The position numbers and the translations under genes were made by a program. The notes beneath the pieces are model-generated. The model worked only from the letters and a program-made list of their open reading frames with translations, did not search any database and was not told the DNA's origin. Shown in pieces: positions 51,909 to 64,000 of a stretch of 64,000 nucleotides of DNA (position 1 is its first letter; the number at the start of each line of letters is the position of its first letter). Source of the DNA: Tubiluchus corallicola (lineage: Eukaryota; Animalia; Priapulida); contig JAQGDQ010000185.1 in assembly GCA_030141605.1 (NCBI GenBank), forward strand, positions 310,001 through 374,000, in the 5' to 3' direction.

Positions 51909-53867
51909 TTTAATTTTTTTCGAGAACTTGTTATTAACTATATATACTAGCATTGTTGTATTTACTGTGATAATGATAAAACTATTTGTTAATTGCACAA
52001 AATTTGCTGTAATAATAAATGCAACGGTCGAGATTATTATATAGTATTTGTAGGTATAATTTGTAGCTTTTACAAACATATAATCATAAAACATATTAAC
52101 GATTGTTTGTTAAATTTGGGAAGAATTGTAAAATTTGATTGCCATAGTCAGACTGAGAAATATATGTTTTATAACATTTATTTTATTCTAATTAGATTTG
52201 TTTTAACCATCTGACGTAGTAGTATCGCATTTCTGTAATGTAGTTTGAGAAAGTAAATGGTAAGAGTAGTACAGTAATATCTTATAGTGGCGCAGTGAAT
52301 TTCTATTCAAGTTTGAAATAATTTTTGAAATAAATATTGCGTAAAACATATTCCCCTTACACTATATTTATAGTTGTATCATTCGTAGTTATAATAAGTG
52401 TTTATGATAACTAGATTATTGATATAAATCATGCTTTCTTATCAGAAAAACGATACTTTTGTCTTGTGATGCATTTGCTACATCTTTTGATTTCTCCTTT
52501 CTATGTCTTTATTTACACTTTTGTTTTTCTCTCGATTTTCCTTTTCTTCTTTTTTCATTTGCCTTTCGCTCTGTTTTGCTATTGCCAAATTATTTACATT
52601 AAATTTGCCATCTGTTTTAACAGCGACAAGAATACTGAATTGTTGCGACGAGGAAAGTGCAGATATTAAACGAAGATAAAAATAAAATAAAATTCTCTTT
52701 TTAACCATTTTTAATCTGTACCAAATAAAATATGTTTAAACTAAAAGAAGATACAGAAGAAATTGGTGACGCTGGTGCTGACGTTGATTATGGTGTTATA
52801 TATAAACCTTGTCTAGGTGTGTTTAATTGGGGGTTTGTGGCATTGTTGACAATGTTTAATGAGAAAATACTAGGTGAGAATCGTAAATTCAAACAAAATA
52901 AGGTGGTGACGTGAAATAAAGTCAGCCGAGGTGAACTGAGGTAAATTGATATGGAATAATGTGAGGAAAAGTAGAGATATGAAATGTAGTGAGGTGTTTT
53001 AAGTGACTTGTGTTATACCTTTTCGTAGTTTGTATCTTTTACTTTCTAATCGTTGTTCGTCTTGTTTTTTCTTAAAAAACATTCTTGTTTTCATTTGCAA
53101 ATAAATAACAAGACTTGGACAAATGTGAAACAATAAACAAAAGGACAGTACGCGCATCATTCGCAGATGTTTACTCTCGAGTTTTTATTTATCATTGATA
53201 TGAGCACAAAATTTCATAGATTGGTTTTTAATAAATTTTTAAAATTATTTTAAAATATTAGTTGTTACATTAGCACTGTTCGATGCATTTGTTCATTTAA
53301 ACTTCTGTAGGTTTTAGGTTTTGCAATAAATTGTACCGCTTTGGTAGATTTAAAAGCACAAGAAAATGCTTCATAAACAAAGCTTAAAACATTCGTCTTG
53401 AAATTTATATCACTTACCTGCAGTCTTATTGCATACAGGGTTTCGTTAGCAGTAAAGCTGTATGAAACATGTATGAAATTACATTGCGCAAATTTTCAAA
53501 AAAATCAGAGCATTCGTACACTCCTCGCTAACTAAGAAAGACTTTAATATACTTTGTATAGTCAATAAGATCAATGGTGTGTTTTTGTGAATCAGTCGCG
53601 CAAACTGAGAAAGGTGAGTTTTACCAGGTAGCGCGAATATTTTACATTATTAAGAATTTTCTTTTCCAGTTACATAAGTCTTTCAAACGGTAAGCGTAAT
53701 GCTAAGTAATATAACTTTGCATTTGAAATATACTATAGAATATCGTTTTTCCCGTTTAATTAGAAATTACGGCACGAATATTACAGAACACGACGAGATG
53801 TAGTTTATGTGAAGAATCGGCACATTGGCCTTAAAAGTTGGCGACGGAAAAAGTTTGACACGATGGA

Positions 53868-53968
53868 ATTCGCTGAGTGGTCAGAGTACGTGGATAGTTG
53901 CACTATTTAAGCAACGTTGGACTGACTAGTGCAATGGACGGGTTTCTATCGGGAAAACTACATGCTTT
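53868..53968 (+). mobile_element. 5S-derived SINE-like relic with tRNA A-box-like leader
   Basis: cgctgagtggtcagag followed by ttaagcaacgttggactgactagtgcaatggacgggtttctatcgggaaaactacatgct. Confidence 0.45.
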
Positions 53969-54271
53969 TGCAGTACTGAATTTATCTGTTTTACGGTCGC
54001 GTTGACAATGGAAGGAAAATGTATACACATCCATATGTGACTAAAACACCTCTGCCGGAAAAGTGCCTCATCTGAGATTTGAGCGGAGGATTAATGAGTT
54101 GCTATATTCTGGTCCCTTCACCATCCTCCATCTAGTGCCCAGTCCTGCTTCTCGGCGCTACATTCTGCTTATAAAGTGCATAATTGTGGAATATCTTACG
54201 ACGCATCGCTACATCTACAAATTTATTTTCGTGAAACCAAAGTTCACTTTACTATCTCACCCTCTGTCCCG

Positions 54272-54273
<2 letters not shown>

Positions 54274-54354
<81 letters not shown>

Positions 54355-54380
54355 GTGCGTGCGTGTGCGCGCGCGTGTGT
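54274..54380. repeat. (TC)n microsatellite followed by a (GT/GC) tract
   Basis: Directly visible. Confidence 0.95.
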
Positions 54381-54844
54381 GTCTTTCTTCCCCCTTCTCA
54401 CAAGTCTATGCTTTCATATCTGCTATGGTACCAGCGTATGTGTGCTTGCTTCACTAAACGAGCTAACAACAGTATGTCAACTATTGACTGTAGAAATTAC
54501 AGACAATGCTAAATCGTATTTTACCTGTTAGTAATTGCTATTAGTGGTAACTTGATCGACTACACAGAAATCTGCCGCAGATTTCATTTCTAATAAATTG
54601 AATTTGCCAAATACAGTATTGAAAACTGCGAGAAAATGGCTGCTGCTGGCGCTAAGTGCTGCCTCATCCAGTGAAAGGCTAGCGGGCAAACAGTAACCGA
54701 GCGGAGCACTAATTGAACTGAATTTAGCAATGGAAGCATTCGTATGTTTTAAATGAATACAAGTTAATACATGAAAACGTTTTTAATCTACTTTCAAATC
54801 ATAAGTTAAAAAAACAAGCAAGATCAGCCCCAAGCTCCAGAGCT

Positions 54845-54846
<2 letters not shown>

Positions 54847-54934
<88 letters not shown>

Positions 54935-55050
54935 TCTCTTTCTCTTTCTCTTTCTCTTTCTCTTTCTCTCTCTTTGTCTCCCTCTTTTTCTCTCTTTTCT
55001 CTCTCTCTTTCTTCCTTTCTTTCTCCTTTCCTTTCTCTTTCTCGCTCTCT
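54847..55050. repeat. (CT)n / (CTCTTT)n pyrimidine tract
   Basis: Directly visible. Confidence 0.95.
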
Positions 55051-57699
55051 CCCATGTTCTCATCTATTCTCTTAACATTAGCAGTATAAATGGAGGAATA
55101 TTAAGAGCAAGAGTAAGAAATTATTTTGCTTGGTCACTTTATTAATAGGTACATTTGACTATTGTTTCTATATTGTTTCCAAGATCTTAGTAACAGTAGA
55201 AATACAGAAAGTAAAGCAATAATACAATAGTAAAAGAGTAAACAAAAGAATATGAGATTAGACATACAAATTCAAATAAATCATATTGGCATAACAGTTT
55301 ATACAATTTAATTTATGAAATAAAAGTTCGGTAATCATTTAAAAAAGGACCCTATGCTTTAATTAATCACTACCAAAGTATGTTATATTTTTATATGACA
55401 CGCACAGTAGCCGACTACAGCAAATTTGGCTTACAAAGGTTGGGTGTGGTCAAGAGTTCGAATACTATATTATAATACACATGTTCATCCCATAATTCTT
55501 TTAAAACTATAGTGCAAACTTTATTTCGGTTAATAAGACGTAACTGTAGGCCTAATGTATATACTAATGTTAATATCTAATACACGAGCCCGCGCTTTTA
55601 GCTAGGTGTGTGGCTACGATTGTAAAAATGCAAAAATAAGAAATAAACCAATATATAAAAACGGTCAACAAATAGGCTTACAAAATCATGGCACCGAAAA
55701 TGCGTAATATTCTGTAATAATCTAAACTCACCAAACTGCTTTGCATTAATAACTAATCTATACTTAATATAGGTAACAAGAATAAATAAAAATTAAAAAT
55801 GAATTGTGCAATGAGATTTACAAAATTAATTTGTAGGAATTTAACATAAAAAAGAACTACCTACTTCGAGACGAACTTGAATTTGAGCAAAACAAAATTT
55901 AGATTACAAGATCACATTTTACAAAAAGCGAGCAACTGGAGAGCTGGCGCTTTACTTTTATAATTTCGTTAAAAATCAAGTTTAGTCACAATGCTTCATA
56001 TTTCTGAATATTGTTTTTTCAAAAAAAGTAACGTACATCAAAATTTACTCAAATACGTAATACAGTTTATCAATAGCTTTACACAATAAATAAATAAATA
56101 ACGGATTATTTTCTTACGTTAATTATGACACATCTCCTAAGTCAATTTAAACATTATTGCCATTATTACCAATAATTTATTTGTTACCACTTACGCCAGA
56201 TCACAACTATACCAGGTTCTGCACAATTATCAGGCAATAAAAAAGTTGAGCACATACCACTCTGACTATAATGTACAAATAGTTATACTCATGACAATGA
56301 TATGCATAACGATAACTGCAACGGTTATTGCTAAACATTACAGCAGCCGTCGCTTCCTTTGTGCAGCACAATACCGAACACTCGCGCTGCAGCAGCTAAT
56401 AATTTCATCATAACAGCGATAAGCGTTAGTAATCAGGGATTCGGAGTAATTAGCTCATCGCAACTCAAGAGAGAATTAAACATTGTACAACAGCCAGCCA
56501 CTTCAGCTAATCGCTTGTAATCCCTTTACACAGAACACAACCCCTCGAGAGGTAGCGAATCAGTGATTATATACGGTAGTTAATCTGAAATGTAAAGAAA
56601 TCATTAGTGTTCATGATTCTGGGTCTTTTTGCGAAAAACTCAGCGGCTTTCATTTGAAATTTTTCAGAAGCAACAATTTGTGAATCAACAGAAAAACTGT
56701 TGTTAAAATTATTGTTTATCTATGTTTGCTTGTGTTGAAAGGCAAGGAAAAATCACGAATATTAAGTAGGTTTGGTAAAAACAAAAACGTACTTTGATAT
56801 AAACAAAAATACCAAATTAAAAAATATTATTTGATCAGAAATGCATTCTACAGATGTATTCTTAGAAATTCATTTTTAAAATCTCAATCAACAATTATGT
56901 TAATATTGTGCAGGCTTCTCCGAAAAATTTTATTTTAGTACTGTACTTGTGTTTTATATTGTCTTATTGACCGGAATAAAAATTTGAATTGAATTGAATT
57001 GAATTGTACGTAAATGTATATTTATAAATTTTGATATTTAACACGTTAGCATTAACAAATTTTTCAAATTTGAAACTATTAAATTTAAATGAAGATTATT
57101 CAAATCTTAAGTACAGTTTATGTTATGTAATTTTATTTAAATTAGTTTATGTTCATACATGTTAGTTTATCTTTTGTTTTGTTTTTTTGTTATGGAAATA
57201 CGATATGTCCATCTGGTAATTTCTGGTAAGATTGTAGAGCTGCAGTTTTAACTTTCCTAAGTTCTATGAAGGCTGTGTTGTGAGTAACGCTCTGTGGTAG
57301 GCTTACACTCAATTCACCCCCAACCATCTATACTTAACGTTCTACTGCCATCCACTCGCCTAATTGTTTTCTAATTTTAATTAATGTTTAGGTCTACCGG
57401 GACGTTTCTTCCCTTCTGTGCCAAGATGATATATGCGCGTTAATCACGGACATTCGCCTCCCGCCCCCCAACTCCCCTCTCTCTGCAGCAAGCTTCCTTT
57501 TGTGACTGTGCAATTGTTTAATTTACGAAAAGCAATTGCCTTAAGTGGCCCATGAAAAGAAATCAATGATGGGCCGGTGCTGGCGGGCAAGTAGTGGAGA
57601 AATTAAAACGAGCAGCCTTAGTAATAAATAAGCAGGCTGTTGTGTGCTGGTGGTTGGTAAAGCCATGATGAGATCAGTACGCCCCCTGGCTTCCCCTGG

Positions 57700-57755
57700 T
57701 AGCCAATCAGCGACGAGTACATCGCAGCGCGTTCTAGCCCGAATCCTTTAATACT
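57700..57755 (+). promoter_or_regulatory. Candidate Phox2 core promoter (CCAAT box and TATA-like TTTAATA)
   Basis: agccaatcag at ~57701 and tttaata at ~57747 within a GC-richer island, 140-190 bp before the ATG. Confidence 0.4.
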
Positions 57756-57890
57756 TCAGCATCTTGTCAGAAAATCTGTAATCAAATTATTCGAACGAAT
57801 GTGGAAAAGCCGTCTCTAAGAAACACAAGACCGAGATAAAATATTCACCTTTCTTATATAGTTTACATTCAGTGCGTTTCACTCGTACAA

Positions 57891-58164
57891 ATGATGGACT
57901 ACCCGTACCTAAATCAAGTGCAGGGCTTCGATGCAAACTGTGCCCTGCCCGGCATGGACCCCGGGGGGCTGGGCAATTGTAATTTGCCCTGTTCCTACCC
58001 GGGCGACCTGAGCTCCTGCGGGCAGGTGTCCCAGGCGTACAGGTACACGACAGCCATGCGACCGTTCGCTGGGCAGCCGGCGGTACCCACAGGTAACTGC
58101 AGTATGCCAGGAATGATGACCAGACCTCGCGATGGCACCCACCAAGCTGCTGTCTTCCCTGCAG
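57891..58164 (+). CDS. Phox2: Paired-like homeobox Phox2, coding exon 1; the homeobox exons were not found in the window
   Basis: MMDYPYLNQ..FDANC..GMDP...SYPGDLSSCGQ..AYRY..MRPF...GNCSM..RD..HQ matches the recalled PHOX2A/B N-terminus (MDYSYLN..YDSC.AGMD...AY.DFSSCSQ..FQY..R..F...SCSL..LRDHQ). Phase-1 donor G|GTACGT; GC-rich. Confidence 0.85.
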
Positions 58165-61100
58165 GTACGTACGAACACTAATCACTTTTTCCTCGCCGCT
58201 AACTCATATCTTCAGCCTCCTAATTGCGTTTTGACCGTTTATAAAGCGAAATTCTCAAATAAAATTGCATAATTCAATCCAAAACGCATCGGCTGCGGTG
58301 TAATCTTGTTGGGTCGGCGTGTCGGTCGTTTATTAAGCAAGCGAATTAAGAAAATTTTATTTACAATGACCGACTGCTGGCATTTGACAGTGCGATCTTT
58401 TAATACAACGTTATTACTACCTAATGCTATCAGTGACGCAATGCAATGAAATTTGCTCCCGTAATTTCCATAAATGTGCGTTTGTGTCACTAATTCTGCC
58501 TAATCTGCAATTATTAGATTCGTGCTGGTAATTATCGAATAATAACATCGATTTAAATTTATTAGATAAACAAGACTAAATAAAATTTGTATTGTAATCG
58601 AGTGATACTGGACTAATGTAATTGTGTGAATCGGTAGCTGACATAACGTCGTACGCATGCAATGTTATGGCACAATTATTTTGGTAAATGAAATTACGGC
58701 TGCGTTTTAACTGCTAACTTATTAGTACTGCATTAAATTTTACGTCACGTCACTACGTAAGTTTTAAACTTCGCGAAATTTAATTGTTAGAAAAAATTCC
58801 AACTAATTTTTAAGGAACGGTTCTCATATTTTTTAAGTATTAATAAGTAAAAAACAAACAAATACTGTTTAATTTTGCCTCACACTAATTACCCAGAATG
58901 TCTGTTTATTGTTTCATAAGAAAAATAAGAACTGCTTTTTCTAATTAACGTTATTAAGATCTTCCTCAATTGAATGTAAGAATAATTTCTTAATTATTGT
59001 TTGCAAGACACTCTTTAGTAAAAAATTGAGAAAATAAGACCTAAGACTCGCTGATTTACATTAAAAATTATGAATTAAAGAACGAACTGTCGAGTTAGAC
59101 TTAAAAATATTTTAACGAAATTCATATTATTTTATTACACATAATTTGCTAAATTAAACTGTTGATCCTTATTTAATTATACAACGAGAATTGATAAAAT
59201 CAGAAATTTTTAAAGGTCAACGGAAAGCTGGTTTTGACTGCGATTAAATTTGCAAAAATAAAAGCCAAACGCAAGTACATATTTTGCAAAGTATAAATCT
59301 GGAATGTTTTCGGGAAAAGGCAGTTTTTATAATTATCAGTTAATTATAACGGCTCTGAAGTGTTAAATAAAGTTTAAATTGATGTGCTCTACGTAGATAA
59401 AATGTATGTAAGTCATTCTGTCATACTATTCACTAGATACATAACTGTTTGTTTTCTTAAACAAAACAAAATATAGAAACCAGGTATAAATTGGAAGTGA
59501 GCAAAACGGAAAATGCAAATATTACTATACTTATTCTTCTAAACTTAACTAGCAATTTATCAGTGACAATAATGATTTGTTATATAAGGCAGCGTTTAAC
59601 AATTAGAATAAAAAATAAAAAATAAAGTTTGATAAAGTATTAGTAAAGAATTAAATAAGTTATAAATAAAAAAGGGCAAGCATATAATAGTTTACAGATT
59701 TTACAGTATTATAGGGCGAGCAAAATGTGGGTTTAATAGTTGTTTAAAATGAGAGCAATTATAGCAATATTGTTTTATTTACAAAAGACGCAATAAAAAT
59801 GTTTTTAAATAAAAGATGTTTCCTATGCTAAATTCCTATAGGTACGGAATAAATGTTCAAAAGTTACTTCTAAAATGTTTCTAAACTTCTGAAAAAAATT
59901 ACTTATTGGTATAAGGATTTAAGTGCCAATAATTCCTGGTACAAAAAACATTCTCTATACAAAATATGTTTATCAAGGGCGTTTCCAGTCAACACATTAC
60001 AACAATACAAACTGATAATTTATAGAATTAATACAACGGCCAATCAAAGTGTAACGCAACTGCGATAGACCCAATTAACATAATTTTATAGCATTAGATA
60101 TATCTATGGTTATCTTATAAAACTATCAGCAAAAGATGAAAAAGCTAATAATTTAATTCTTTCATCAGTGTTTTCTAACAAAGAAAATAAGTAGGTTAGT
60201 AAATGAGTCATAATATTAGTAACAGCAGCAAATAATATTACATTTAAGTCAAGATAATTTTTACATTTAATTGCAAAATGTTTTCCATCGTAAACTTTGC
60301 TCTGGGCGACCTCTTATTTTTCTTATGTTAGCGAGAAGCCAATGTAAAATAATAACGTTTTTTAAAAAGCAGAATCACGTTAACTAGTAACTTGCAGTTT
60401 GTTTTAGGTGTTTTAGGTACAAAATATAAATGTTTGCAAGTTCCATAATTTTTGAAAGCGCTTGAAAGTATTCTAAAAAGATGGAACAATTTTGCAAAAC
60501 CTTGCGTTTTAAATTTATGTTTCTGGAGTTCTACATTCGTGCACTAATATTGCAGATACATTTCTTATAACTGTGATACTTATTTCTCGGAATCTTTACC
60601 AATTTTATGTGAGACAGTTTAATTTAGTTTTAGTTTCAAAGTAAATATAACAGTTACTAGCTAAACTTTTAATAATATAAATTTTCTTTTTAGTGTATAA
60701 TTAGTATCGCAGGTTATGATTAAAAATAATTAAGAGCCATATCAACACAAATTATTATGTAAAAATACTGGCATAATAATCTGTGTACCAGCAACTTGAT
60801 TATGAATTTTAGTAAAAAAACGCAAAATTATCGCGTTTTTCGAAAGCACACATGGCGCTTGTGAAACTGGTTTCCACTTTTACACTTTCAGGGCGGCAGA
60901 TGTGATGTTACTGGGAGGTGCTTCTATTAACAATAATTACACTAAAGCATAATCATCTTAAGTGGATTCTAATTGTTAGAACGCTTAATTAATTGATCTA
61001 TAAGCGCAGCATTTATTGGGCATGGCTGAATAGCTGTACAGTATTTAAAATAATGGAAGTCAAAGCGCAAACAGCTAGCGCTTAGCAAGAAATAGCAGAG

Positions 61101-62783
61101 AAGTTACCAGTACAAAAATGTTTCATAATCAGCACAAAAAGGGAAGTCTCCTTTAATTATAGAAAAATGTGAATAAAAAGTGATTAATGTGGTAAATTTT
61201 ATATTTTTTATTGATTCATTCATTCAATCAACGGTTCGTTCCTCCATTCATTTGTTCATTTATTCATTTATCTGTTAATTTATTTGTCTATTAATTAATT
61301 AATTAATTAACTCGTATCTTTGTTTATTTATTCTTTTGCTATTTAGCCTTATTATTAATAAATCAAAACTCAAAAACTTAAAATACAGGGCAGTTAGAAA
61401 CTGGCTTGTCCAAGAATTGCCCAGACAATTTCTGTATAATAAATTCATAAATGCACGTGCTTACATGCACGATATACAACTTATATACATATGTAGCTTT
61501 AAATACAGTAATACCGTATGTACCAGGTAGGTAATAAAACAATTTAATTGCGTCAATACTGAACAATGATAATGCCAACTAAGTAAAGTCAATAATGCCA
61601 ATACTGGACCAACATTATGGATACTTTAACTAACAATATCAGTATTTCTCAAGTATCAGTATCAGTATATCTCAAGCTTTCAAGATCAGTATTCATCTTC
61701 AAAGGAAAGGTTTAAACAAAACATCTATGAAAACTACATTGTTTACTAATTTGTGTACTCCTCTACTTGCATTTGTGCACACACAGTCTCGCAGGCTCAC
61801 TTCCCTCTAATTGCTTGTCTTAATACTTTTTTCACATTTTTTGTTTTTTGTTCTGATTCTACGTATATCTCTCCTTGCCTATCTCTTTGTTGATAACAAT
61901 TATTTTTTCACTAGCTTCTTTTTCTTCCTTTCTGCGTTTATTAGGAGGGCTTTACACAAGCACATATTAGCTTGAAAATAAGATAGTGCTTCTCTGAAAC
62001 TTGCCATGGTCATAATCGTAAAGAAGACAAAGTGCCCATTAAGTCTCGAAAATTTTTATTTTTCACAAAAGCTTTCGACTTTCACGGATGACTTTCACGT
62101 CAGCTGAAATCTACTTGTATGGCCTAGATCTCACAGGATTTATCATGATCATAGGAAAATTTTCGGTCTACGTTTGGCCACATAATATCATTATTTAATA
62201 AACACATGGACCATGGAGCGGCCATACAAAAAACTAACACAAGTTTGGCAACACCACGTCATTTAACCTGTCCTCACTGTGGCCGCAGGAGAATTCTCAG
62301 CTCGTGTTTGACAAATCTTTATCTTTTCCGGCCGGAACGTTGTACAAACATTAATCGAATTAATCAACAGCGCTTTTGCTGCTCAGCAAGATTATTTAAC
62401 ATGTTTAATAAGACCGAATCGTGTTTGCACGTCAAATAGCCACCACAATGGCTTCTGCCATGCCGTCTTTCACTCTCCTTTATAACCAAACATGGCGTAA
62501 TAATATTTTCATTAAGCCAGTGTGGTCACGTGAAATAGGAATACATTGACTGCAAGCATTGGGCAATCTGTCTAATTAAAATTGAGTGCATTTTGCCAGG
62601 AAGAGCAAACTGACAGGAGAATAGAGAAGCGAAAGAAGAGAAACTGTAGTTCAAGCAAATACCGTCGGTACTGTACCATTCCCAAAAGAGCACACAAACA
62701 AGAAAAAACGGGAAAAGAATGTTAATCAACTTTCTTGGCCCTATAGGTTATTTTTCATAGGGCCTCTAGGCCCTGTGAGGTAA

Positions 62784-63001
<218 letters not shown>

Positions 63002-64000
63002 ATTTTAGCCTCTGAGCAAACAACGATCTCCGTTAGAATTGGAAATCTCTGAGCAACTAACTGGAAACAACTGATATAGATCAACTTATTTCGCGCGACC
63101 TTACAAGGAAAACTAAAAACATTTCAACTGCTTTGAATTTGTTTAAATTGACCCGTTTTTATTTTGTTTATCAGCAATTGGTTTGCGCCTTTGTTTTATA
63201 ATTTACACTAAATTCAGGAGCCAGAGACATGATAAAAACCATGCAGAACAAAATTATCATCAATTTTTGGTTTACCTTAATTTCAAAAATGTTATTTATT
63301 TATAAATTTATTTATTTTATTTTGGAACACCTAAAAATTTTACAATTTTCTAAAACATGAGAACCAGAATGATTATTCTTACGCTGGTCCAAACTTAAAA
63401 TTTGCAAGCTTTAATAAAGCATATAATACATAATAAAATAAAACAAAAAACGTATACATTTTTACTATTTTATGTAAAATTAGTGAAAGTTGCCGTTGCC
63501 ATTGTCGATGTTATTGTAGTACAGAAACGTGTTTCATTATTTAAAATTGAACATTAGTTAACATAAAATGAGAATGAATTTATTTAGAAAAAAATTGGGC
63601 ATGCCGCAAAAACTGATCAAATACAGTAAATGATGCCTGCTATAAAATATTTAATAAATTGCATGCAAACGACGTAGCGTATTCGCATTAGGCCTCTATC
63701 CTGTTTCATCATATTTTTCTCCTGGCAATAAATGCAAGAATATGACAAGTATTTTATGTATTTCCGGGAACAAAATGCGAGTTTTCATCACAAAAACGTG
63801 CATTTTTCATACGCACGTCAATACTGGCGAGCATTCTGCAAATTTCCAGTTTTAAATAAAACAGCGCAAAATGGCCGCTAAGGGAACTCGGATATAAAAA
63901 CGGGCATTACTCCCGTCAAAGCGCGCAAATAAATATGGCTGCGTATAAAACATGGATACCTATAAAACAGTCGTAATTAGATTACGCCGTCGACGCATTG

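Overview
AT-rich, microsatellite-rich eukaryotic (bilaterian invertebrate, possibly lophotrochozoan) genomic DNA with spliced genes. From left to right: (1) a tandem cluster of two intact intronless class A GPCR genes plus one pseudogene (+ strand, 48-6188); both intact receptors carry atypical activation motifs (DMY for DRY, no Pro6.50, no Pro7.50). (2) The 5' part of a Shroom-like PDZ gene on the - strand. Its PDZ domain is split over exons at 40338-40523 and 13296-13444 by a ~27 kb intron. That intron contains two further phase-0 candidate exons, a 663-codon acidic exon and a 33-codon MGAKQ exon. The GPCR cluster probably sits antisense in a later Shroom intron. (3) A complete 8-exon ETHE1 persulfide dioxygenase gene (+ strand, 42963-51908, 256 aa), head-to-head with Shroom. 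It has no visible mitochondrial presequence, Asp in place of the conserved C-terminal Cys, and a PTS1-like ending (-KTKM). (4) Exon 1 of a Phox2 homeobox gene (+ strand, 57891-58164). The rest is introns and intergenic DNA with MITEs, 5S/tRNA-derived relics and simple repeats. Family calls come from recalled homology read by eye, not from database searches.
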